A DNA stretch of 63,864 nt, the filler included, from Craspedostauros australis (taxonomy: Eukaryota): NCBI GenBank assembly GCA_030167865.1. It is 15 parts of 15 records of this genome, joined end to end, with 100 filler letters (N's around TTAATTAATTAA, not from the genome) between each part and the next. Parts side by side here need not be neighbours in the genome. Positions count along the whole stretch, not along the records: positions 10,310 to 17,993 come from JALAGF010006447.1; positions 18,094 to 22,110 come from JALAGF010006448.1; positions 22,211 to 29,148 come from JALAGF010006449.1; 12 more parts are not named here. One strand, written 5' to 3'. The notes under the pieces are model-generated. The model saw only the letters and a program-made list of their open reading frames with translations, had not been told where the DNA came from and made no database searches. Positions 11,880-22,589 of the stretch are shown here, piece by piece. The translations under genes and the position numbers were made by a program. The number at the start of each line of letters is the position of its first letter. Positions within the stretch are counted from its first letter, which is position 1.

Positions 11880-12772
11880 ATCCTTCTGGAAGGTATTCAA
11901 ATCTGAGTTTGTAGATATCGAGTGCTGTGGGTGACAGTACTGTGAGCTACGCATCGAACTGTACAGTAGATTGTCAAAATGTGCATAGAAAATGTCAACC
12001 ACAATCAAATCCAACCCGGCGCCCACTTACAACACACCCCAAAGTGTCTGGTCACGAAGCATGAGGTCTCCAATCCATCTGGAAGGTAGTCAAATCTGAG
12101 ANNNNNNNNNNNNNNNNNNNNNNNNNNNNNNNNNNNNNNNNNNNNNNNNNNTCGAGTGGTGTTGTGGGTGGTCGTACTGTGACCTACGCACAATACTGTG
12201 CAGTAGATTGTCAAAATGTGCATAGAAAATGTCAACCTCAATGAAATCCAACCTGGCGGAAACTTACAACACATCCCAAAGTGTCTGGTGACGAAGTATG
12301 AGGTCTCCAGCCCATCAGGAAGGCATCCATATCTGAGAATCTAGATTTGGTGTGGTGTTGTGGGTGGTAGTACTACGAGCTACGCACAATTCTGTACAGT
12401 AGATTGCCCATATGTGCCTGTAAATGTCAACCTCAATGAAATCCAACCTGGCGGGCACGTACAACACACCCCAAAGTGTCTGGTCACGAAGTATGAGGCC
12501 TCCAGCTCATCAGGAAGGCATCCATATCTGAGAATCTAGATTTTGAGTGGTTCTGTGGGTGGCAGTACGATGGCCTACGCGCCATTCTGTGCAGTAGATT
12601 GTCAATATGTGCATATAAAACGTCAACCACAATCAAATCCAACCTGGCGCCCACTTACAACACACCCCAAAGGACCTGGTCACGAAGTATGAGGTCTCCA
12701 GCGCATCTGGAAGGCATCCATATCTGGATGTGGAGATATCGAGTGGTTCTGTGGGTGGCAGTACGGTGACCT
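11880..12772 (-). repeat. Left (inverted) arm of the 195-196 bp tandem array, about 4.5 units with one gap
   Basis: Reverse complement of the unit seen at 12823 onward; gagg(t/c)ctcc recurs at about 12063, 12300, 12495 and 12691. Confidence 0.95.
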
Positions 12773-12811
12773 TGGCATTTGGCTGGACTGACCCTTCCAC
12801 ACAGATACATT

Positions 12812-15650
12812 CCTGACAGATTGGAGACCTCATACTTCGTGACCAGGTACTTTGGGGTGTGTTGTAAGTGCCCACCGGGTTGGATTTTATTGTGGTTGAC
12901 ATTTATACGTACATATGGGCAATCTACTGTACAGAATCGTGTGTAGCTCGTAGTACTGCCACCCAAAGCACCACACAAAATCTAGATTCTCAGATTTGAC
13001 TACCTTCCAGATGCGCTGGAGACCTCATACTCCGTCACCAGGTACTTTGGGGTGTGTTGTACGTGCCCGCCTGGTCGGATTTGATTGTGGTTGACATTTT
13101 CTATGCGCATATGGGCAATCTACTGTAAAGAATTGTGTGTTGGCCATCGTACTGTCACGCACAGAACCACTCGATATCTCCACATCCAGATATGGATGCC
13201 TTCCAGATGCGCTGGAGACCTCATACTTCGTGACCAGGTCCTTTGGGGTGTGTTGTAAGTGGGCGCCTAGTTGGATTTGATTGCGGTTGACATTTTATAT
13301 GCACATATTGACAATCTACTGCACAGAATGGCGCGTGGTTCGTAGTACTGCCACCCACAGCACCACTCAAAATCTAGAGTCTCAGATATGGATGCCTTCC
13401 TGATGAGCTGGAGACCTCATACTTCGTCACCAGGTACTTTGGGGTGTGTTGTACGTGCCCGCCTGGTCGGATTTGATTGTGGTTGACATTTACAGGCACA
13501 TATGGGCAATCTACTGTACAGAATTGTGCGTAGGTCATCGTACTGCCACCCACAGAACCACTCAAAATCTAGATTCTCAGATATGGATGCCTTCCAGATG
13601 GGCTGGAGACCTCATACTCCGTCACCAGGTACTTTGGGGTGTGTTGTACGTGCCCGCTGGGTTGGATTTCATTGAGGTTGACATTTACAGGCACATATGG
13701 GCAATCTACTGCACAGTATCGTGCGTAGCTCGTAGTACTACCACCCACAACACCACACCAAATCTAGATTCTCAGATATGGATGCCTTCCAGATGGATTG
13801 GAGACCTCATACTTCGTGACCAGACACTTTGGGGTGTGTTGTAAGTTTCCGCCAGGTTGGATTTCATTGAGGTTGACATTTATAGGCACTAATTCTCAAT
13901 CTACTGCACAGTATCGTGCGTAGGTCACAGTACGACCACCCACAACACCACACCAAATCTAGATTCTCAGATATGGATGCCTTCCAGATGCGCTGGAGAC
14001 CTCATACTTCGTGACCAGACACTTTGGGGTGTGTTGTAGGTTTCCGCCAGGTTGGATTTCATTGAGGTTGACATTTACAGGCACATATGGGCAATCTACT
14101 GTACAGAATTGTGCGTAGCTCGTAGTACTACCACCCACAACACCACACCAAATCTAGATTCTCAGATATGGATGCCTTCCTGATGGGCTGGAGACCTCAT
14201 ACTTCGTCACCAGACACTTTGGGGTGTGTTGTAAGTTTCCGCCAGGTTGGATTTCATTGAGGTTGACATTTATAGGCACTAATTCTCAATCTACTGCACA
14301 CTATCGCGCGTAGGCCATCGTACTACCACCCACAGCACCACTCAAAATCTAGATTCCCAGATATGGATGCCTTCCTGATGGGCTGGAGACCTCATACTTC
14401 GTCACCAGACACTTTGGGGTGTGTTGTAAGAGTCCGCCAGGTTGGATTTGATTGTGGTTGACATTTTATATGCACATTTTGACAATCTACTGTACAGAAT
14501 TGTGCGTAGATCATCGTACTGCCACCCACAGAACCACTCGAAATCTAGATTCTCAGATATGGATGCCTTCCAGATGCGCTGGAGACCTCATACTTCGTGA
14601 CCAGGTCCTTTGGGGTGTGTTGTAAGTGGGCGCCAGGTTGGATTTGATTGCGGTTGACATTTTATATGCACATATTGACAATCTACTGCACAGTATTGTG
14701 CGTAGGTCACAGTACGACCACCCACAACACCACTCAAAATCTAGATTCTCAGATTTGACTACCTTCCAGACGGATTGGAGGCCTCATACTTCGTGACCAG
14801 ACACTTTGGGGTGTGTTGTAAGTGGGCGCCAGGTTGGATTCGATTGTGATTGACATTTTCTATGCACATATGGGCAAGCTACTGTACAGTATTGTGCGTA
14901 GGCCATCGCACGACCACCCACAGCACCACACCAAATCTAGATTCCTAGATATGGATGCCTTCCAGATGGATTGGAGGCCTCATACTTCGTGACCAGACAC
15001 TTTGGGGTGTGTTGTAAGTGGGCGCAAGGTTGGATTCGATTGTGATTGACATTTTCTATGCACATTTTGACAATCTACTGCACAGTATTGTGCGTAGGTC
15101 ACAGTACGACCACCCACAACACCACTCGAAATCTAGATTCTCAGATTTGACTACCTTCCAGATGGATTGGAGACCTCATGCTTCGTGACCAGACACTTTG
15201 GGGTGTGTTGTAAGTGGGCGCCAGGTTGGATTTGATTGTGATTGACATTTTCTATGCACATATGGGCAAGCTACTGTACAGTATTGTGCGTAGGCCATCG
15301 CACGACCACCCACAGCACCACACCAAATCTAGATTCCTAGATATGGATGCCTTCCAGATGGATTGGAGGCCTCATACTTCGTGACCAGACACTTTGGGGT
15401 GTGTTGTAAGTGGGCGCAAGGTTGGATTCGATTGTGATTGACATTTCTATGCACATTTTGACAATCTACTGTACAGTTCGATGCGTAGCTCACAGTACTG
15501 TCACCCACAGCACCACTCGATATCTAGATTCTCAGATTTGACTACCTTCCAGACGGATATAAGACCTCATACTTCGTGACCAGATCCTTTGGAGTGTGTC
15601 GGAAGTGGGCGCCAGGTTGGTTTGGATTCCGGTCGACATTTTCTATGCAC
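12812..15650 (+). repeat. Right arm of the 195-196 bp tandem array, about 14.5 units
   Basis: ggag(a/g)cctcat starts at 12823, 13018, 13214, 13410, 13605, 13800, 13995, 14190, 14385, 14581, 14777, 14973, 15169 and 15365, with a degenerate start at 15560. Confidence 0.98.
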
Positions 15651-18093
15651 GCACGTTCGAAGTTCTGTGCAACGAGATGTGTTCCGCACAGCATGACTCG
15701 AATCATTGATTTGGATAGGGGCACCCCTTCCAGAATGTTAATGATCCTTGTAATCCACCCACTGTACCCACTTTCGCTCGGTTGCTGTGATGATGCTTGC
15801 AAATTTTGATGTATTGGATCTTTCAGATGAAGGTTTGGTCGAAGTTCTTTGTGAAGTACACAGTCNNNNNNNNNNNNNNNNNNNNNNNNGACAGCATGTG
15901 ATCTGTGACACCTTCCAGATGGCTATAGACACTCGCAAGCTGGTAGTATACCGATTGGAATGCTTTCGATTTGCTGGTCTTGTTTAGATGGAATATGTTT
16001 ATCCTTTGCTATGAAGGTTTGGCCAGAACACGATCCATGGCGCAAAGAATCGGAGCAAATGGATGGATGATGCACATATCTATGACTAAGGTAGGCGTTA
16101 ATTCCCTTCATTGCATGTCACATATTTGGATGGACTATTTAGTTGCATTCTATGATGAGTGTGTCATATTTATGTGATGTGGTTTGTCTTTTTCGTGCAT
16201 GTTACAGGTAGTCTACATTTATGCGCTAACCTTGGAAGTCGATGCGAAACCTCTTTGTCGATAGGACGTCGCATCGACATTTGGACGTTTTGGTCACTAA
16301 GTATTGAAAAAACAGGCTGGTTGATGCAAATTGGCACTTCAAAAGGGCTGGTTAATGAATTTCCTCCAGATAAGACCCGCTGCAGCGAAAATGTTACGCC
16401 CAGGTCGGCGTCGCATCTGCGATCCTGATATAAACTTTATGAGGCCTTAAAATATACTTTTTGTAGATATATGTAGAAGAACTACATTCTTAAAACGTAT
16501 ATTGGATGGGTTAGGAGGTCATGAAGGTACCTATTATGTCGTGTTGTATCGTGCATTAGATTCAGTTTTTGGGATGCGACATGGATGCGACTCATCACTG
16601 ACTCCAAATTTGATGTTGGCGAGCGGCGAAAATGTTCNNNNNNNNNNNNNNNNNNNNNNNNNNNNNNNNNNNNNNNNNNNNNNNNNNNNNNNNNNNNNNN
16701 NNNNNNNNNNNNNNNNNACATTTCGGCTGTTTTTGGCCCCAATTGATTGCACGCAGTTTCTCGCGGTGGACTTGGAACAATAGGTGAGGAGCAAAACTGC
16801 ATCAGAATGCGATGGTACGTACGCGCACTGCGCTGTACCATACGACATTAGGGTGGGATGGAGGTGCAGAGCTATCAGCATATTCTACCAGGTATAGTGG
16901 GATGTTACTTTTGCTTTTGCCAATGCTGCTAGTACTTCGTGAGCGCGGCAACTGTGATCACTGGCGGGTTCGTCGGACCATGATCTCGCGCGTTCCACGT
17001 GTGGTCTCTCATGTCATACAAGGGGCACGAGACTCTGTGACAAGATAGGTGCAGGAGGATAAGGGTCCCGTTCTGCAAAATAAAGTCAGCTGGCGACTAC
17101 GGCACATTCCTGATGTACGCTGCTGTGCTTTTCTCGAGTTGGTGAGTTTCCGTTCGTTGCGCCTCTCAGACAGGATTTTGGTGTCTTGTTGTTGTTGTGG
17201 AAGTTTGTGAGTTCATTTTGCTCTTTTCTTGATCACGTTTCATTCCTGTTCCTGGTTCTTTTCCATGTCGCACCCAAAGAATCGCTCTGTACTCTTTCAG
17301 ATGTCGGTGGACAGACAGACGTGATATGTGGTGTTTTGGTAGAAACATGCGTGGAACAAAACCAAATCAGACACTGCGCTCGCGCATTCCGGAGTGCTTT
17401 GTGCCTGTCGACACACATTCCCCAGAAGAATCGGTTCTGGTGCGCCACAAAACTGCGGAGTGGCTCTGCGAGAACAGAATGATGTACCGCACTGAACACA
17501 AGAAGGGGAGTACAGCAGTATATCATATCATATAATGCATCTGTTTTTTATCCTACCTGCCCACATTTGTATTATTTGCACATCGGAGGCTGATGAGGTT
17601 CGATCTTGTGATGGATCGGTTGACTTCCGCAGAATCAACATTCCACCGTCCATTCCAACCGTCAACGATGGTGTTGCATCCACAAGGTGCGCTTGGTGGT
17701 CAGCGGCGCAGGCAGACTTGGAGTGCGAGGATTGTCAGCATTGTTACCCTCATAAGATAGGTATGACGATCAGCTCCATGGTGCGTTATCGTCTCCAGAG
17801 TTGTTGTGGATCAAAGACGAAGAACAACGATGTACTGACCATCTGGACGCCATATTGTGGATTGAGTTTAGGGTAATTGTATTGATTTGACTGCAGCGAT
17901 GCATAGAATAACAATTCTTCTTGGCGCTGCGGCAATACGATGACAATTTTGCTCCAGGCGACGACAGCGATACCATCGTGTGTCTTTTTTTTTNNNNNNN
18001 NNNNNNNNNNNNNNNNNNNNNNNNNNNNNNNNNNNNNTTAATTAATTAANNNNNNNNNNNNNNNNNNNNNNNNNNNNNNNNNNNNNNNNNNNN

Positions 18094-18973
18094 GTACCAG
18101 ATGGATGGCGCGGGGCCACACAGAGACACGGAACTACTCAGGTTCATCAACGAGGAGTTCGACAGTCGCGGATGGCACTTACGACTGCAACCACCAAATT
18201 CTCCCATCACGAATGTGAAAGACGATGCNNNNNNNNNNNNNNNNNNNNNNNNNNNNNNNNNNNNNNNNNNNNNNNNNNNNNNNNNNNNNNNNNNNNNNNN
18301 NNNNNNNNNNNNNNNNNNNNNNNNNNNNNNNNNNNNNNNNNNNNNNNNNNNNNNNNNNNNNNNNGCGTATGTTCGCCACCATCAGATCGCCTACGCAATT
18401 TGTGCTGCGAAAGGAGGTGACGAATTTGTGACGGAGAACAAGGGACTGCACATGAACGTGCGGAAGCAAACGTCCACTGAATTCGACAAGGAGGGCAACG
18501 AGATTGGCGTTACCGTGTCTCACATGGACTTCACGTTGGAGGAGGAGGAGGATGACGCATCCAACACGACCACCAAGAAACCAACTGCAACAGGCAACAA
18601 AGGCAAATCAGCTGGCTTCAAATACGCCAAGCCCGACATCAAAGGTATGTANNNNNNNNNNNNNNNNNNNNNNNNNNNNNNNNNNNNNNNNNNNNNNNNN
18701 NNNNNNNNNNNNNNNNNNNNNNNNNNNNNNNNNNNNNNNNNNNNNNNNNNNGTTGAGACCATCAAGTGCAACAAGGAGACTGAACAACAGAATAAAGGCA
18801 AGAAGAGAAAGAAGCAACCCAGCAAGAGCAAAGCCGACATCATTGAGCCTCGCAACAGCAACAGCAAAGCCAAAGCAGCACCCACCATGAACACATTCGA
18901 AGTGGCCTGTCTGGCTGGCAAGGCCAAGCATCACAGCAAAGCAGAGCAGGATACCAACACAGCAGAGATGTAG
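18094..18973 (+). mobile_element. Tc1/mariner-like transposase, 3' part (copy 1)
   Basis: QMDGAGPH...QPPNSPITNVKDD; nearly identical to 43160-44177. Confidence 0.85.
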
Positions 18974-20206
18974 CTGCAAATCGAAGCAGTAGTAGTATAT
19001 GTTATAGGCACACCTGTGATTGGAGTGCCTATGTGCGCATCATCTGCTTGATGGCATGGAGGATTGTGGTATGTGGTGTGTGTTTTGCGTTTTGTGTTTT
19101 GTGATGAGTGGTGTGATTATTGTGACGAGGACCGTTATTTTTGTGTCGTGAATGGTGTGCGTTGTGGAGCCATCACGTTGTGTCGTGCCGCTCTGATCGG
19201 AAAAATTCCAGCCGAACCACACAGAAAATACGCTCCAAGGCCTCAGCTGCGTCGATCGGGGCGCCAACACAATCGGTGTGTGTTGCACAAACCAATCGAA
19301 TGGCAAAGGCTCCTCTTTGTTGTCACCGCACTTGTACATCTGTACCACATCATGCCATGCCAGTACTCCACTTCCTTTTCATCACACATGTGCAACCCTC
19401 ACGATCTTTGCTGCCATCAAGTCCATGCGTCTGTACTCGTCACTGGAGCACCAACGATGCATCCTCTGATCATTCATCTCTGCTCGTGCCCTGCCGACGG
19501 CGCTGCCACTAGCACAATCGTCATGTATTGGTAGACCAGATTAGAGTAGAGCAGAGTGCAACGAATACACACCATACAATGCTCGTATACTATACTATGC
19601 TGTGTTGTGATGTGCTAGTGCAGCTCCTATAATACATTACATACGACTATGCATTGTGCCCATTGTATCCACTATGCCCTATGTGTGTTATCTATCTATT
19701 CCACCACATTTCGGAGGCATCCAAATCCCGAACGCTGGTGATCTTCTTCATGCAAATCTTACTGTCGCATTTGGCATTGTACACAGCCTGACGGCTGGGC
19801 GGCAACCTGCTGACATCGACCTTGTCAAATCTGCATTCGATGAACCATTCCATCGTCTGCGTGCTGAGAACGAAGACGCAGGATGCCCCCTCCTGCAGAC
19901 ACAGACGTTCCAGGTANNNNNNNNNNNNNNNNNNNNNNNNNNNNNNNNNNNNNNNNNNNNNNNNNNCAACGATGCATCCTCTGATCATTCATCTCTGCTC
20001 GTGCCCTGCCGACGGCGCTGCCACTAGCACAATCGTCATGTATTGGTAGACCAGATTAGAGTAGAGCAGAGTGCAACGAATACACACCATACAATGCTCG
20101 TATACTATACTATGCTGTGTTGTGATGTGCTAGTGCAGCTCCTATAATACATTACATACGACTATGCATTGTGCCCATTGTATCCACTATGCCCTATGTG
20201 TGTTAT

Positions 20207-22110
20207 CTATCTATTCCACCACATTTCGGAGGCATCCAAATCCCGAACGCTGGTGATCTTCTTCATGCAAATCTTNCTGTCGCANTTGGCATTGTACACA
20301 GCCTGACGGCTGGGCGGCAACCTGCTGACATCGACCTNGTCAAATCNGCATTCGATGAACCATTCCATCGTCTGCGTGCTGAGAACGAAGACGCAGGATG
20401 CCCCCTCCTGCAGACACAGACGTTCCAGGTAGCCAAGCATGGCATCGCCATGTCCTCGCACGCGGTAGTTGCGATCCACAACGAGGCAAGCGATCTCGGC
20501 GAACCCGTTCTCGAACATCTTGAGCTGCCCCCACACCACGACGAGGTCATTGCGCGTGTAGACGTGGTATGAGGATAACATTTTTCTAGCACGGCCTTTG
20601 GCCGATCCACCAGCCTTCCCATCTGGATGAGCGGCGTGATGAGCTCATGGATGGTGCTGACTTCCTTGACCTTGGCCTGGCGGATGCCGTTGTAGACGTT
20701 ACGGGAGAGCATGGTGCTGCTGCCATCTCGCGTGTACAGCTCCTGCAGCAATGCCCCGTGCCGCGGCGAGATGATGTGCGCACGTCGGACGCCCTGCTCA
20801 AGTGCATGCATGGCCCATCTGATCTTGATGAGTTTGTTGCGCTTGGCACTTTCCTGAGGACAGCTCTCGCCCAAGGTGACGAGACCGCGCTTGTGGACGT
20901 CGACGGTGCGGTGTCGAAGCAGGTTGTGGGCGTCCTTGACACGCAGATGATGGATCTGCTTGCCATGGACGTTGTGCCGCAGCTGCATGTCGCCTTCTGT
21001 GAAGAAGATGATCTTGCTGGCATCCATGGCACCCGTGACCGTCGCTGCCAAGCTTTCGGAATTGACGTTGAAGACTTCGCCGCTGGGGCTGACGCCCAAT
21101 GTTGTGAGCAGGACGATATCACGGGAGTTGTGGACCTGGCGGATCTTTTCCACCTCCACACGATGCACGAATCCTGTGGATTTGTAATCGACGCCATCCA
21201 GGATGCCCATTGGCTGGGCTGTGTAGAAGTTCCCAGAAACCACATTTCCATCACTGCTGTAGCTGTGATCATTGGGGTTGCTGAATGGATTCATTGTGTG
21301 TTGAGTGTCCATGCGGTTGCCCATTCTGCCCAGAGCTTCATTCCTGTATCCATTCTGACTCGTTCTTCCAAAGTTCTGCTGTTGCTGTGACTGCTGTTGA
21401 TAGGATCCATTTGGCGAGGACTGCGAATACTGCTGCTGCTGGTAGTTGCCATTGCCATTCGATGGATAGTCCGAATCGAACTGCGTGGTCTGATTTGGCG
21501 TGCGCAAGTCGTTGGCACCCTGCATGCGCAAAGATCGTGCCAGTTGACGTTCAATCTCATAGCGGATGTATCCTGCCACCTCCTTGACCACACGCAGCGC
21601 ATCACGGTCCGTGACCGTCACGCCATGATGTCGATCCTGCCCTGCGATACGTTGCTGCAGCTGGTAGCGGCATCCCGCGACGATGACGATCTTGATGCCC
21701 AGCAACCACGACAATGCGATGTCGTTCATGAGGTCCCGCAGGAAGTTGGTGTCCTGACCCTCCATGAGATCGCCCGGAATGTGGAAGACGACCAGGGTGT
21801 TGCGATGGCTGGCGATATAGTTGGCGGAACCGCGGAACATGTTGACGAAGGTGGATTCTCTGATGCTGTTGGCATCCATGTCCTCTGGGAGTTCACCGCG
21901 ATTCGCTGCATTGGGATCCAGCTCGCTGCGGTTGACAGTATTGATGTCATTTGGATCGATGGTGACGAAGGATGTGTCTTTGCATTTGGGATCGCCAATG
22001 TCAACGCCAATGTCAACATCAGCGGTTACAGCTTGTGCTGTTGCTGTTTCGTTCGTCAATGCCCTTCGTCGAATTCTGAGGCCATTGGATTTTGTTGGTT
22101 TCCATCGTGA
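20207..22110 (-). pseudogene. argA: N-acetylglutamate synthase (amino-acid kinase + GNAT domains), frameshifted near 20582
   Basis: Contains FRGSANYIASHR, GNVVSGNFYTAQPMGILDGVDY, SPSGEVFNVNSE and LLQELYTRDG. The GNAT end (AEIACLVV...RGHGDAML...STQTMEWF) is in a different frame. The 5' end is cut by the scaffold edge. The frameshift may be a real lesion or an assembly error. Confidence 0.85.
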
Positions 22111-22210
22111 NNNNNNNNNNNNNNNNNNNNNNNNNNNNNNNNNNNNNNNNNNNNTTAATTAATTAANNNNNNNNNNNNNNNNNNNNNNNNNNNNNNNNNN
22201 NNNNNNNNNN

Positions 22211-22589
22211 GACCGAAGGGCATCAAGATCATGGATACAGGAGATGAACTTCAAATGGTAAGTACTCATGGAGTAGGAACCAGTACTGAATGAATGGAGT
22301 GTCGAATGTGGAGTACACATCGAACACGGAGTATCGTGTAGTACGAAGTACACAATGCTGAGACAGAGAGAGAGAGAATACAGAGAGGAGCGAGAGAGCA
22401 TCTCGCGTACCGACTCATAGATCGGAGACTGAATCTACGAAACAGATTGAAGCACCTAGAGCATCAGGCAAGAGAACGGGTGTACACCGAGAGGATCGGA
22501 GTAGCCAAGTAATGAAATATCAAACGAACGACTATCAACCAACACCATCTTCCACGATCGTAGGTTACCAATCACGGAACTTGCCAACA
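22211..22589 (+). mobile_element. LTR family B, 3' part, inserted antisense into a family-B integrase
   Basis: Ends ggaacttgccaaca; reverse complement of 26724-27110. Confidence 0.85.

Noticed and set aside
13374..13844. Repeat protein encoded by the array
   Set aside because: Units vary between 195 and 196 bp (frame-breaking) and stop codons recur; the ORFs are incidental.
12823..15650. CRISPR-like repeat-spacer array
   Set aside because: Units are homologous along their whole length, the variable slots are reused alleles rather than unique spacers, there are no cas genes, and the context is eukaryotic.
20207..22110. Bacterial contamination or recent horizontal transfer of argA
   Set aside because: Two-domain ArgA-type NAGS is normal in algae and plants, and the low-complexity insert and flanks look eukaryotic.
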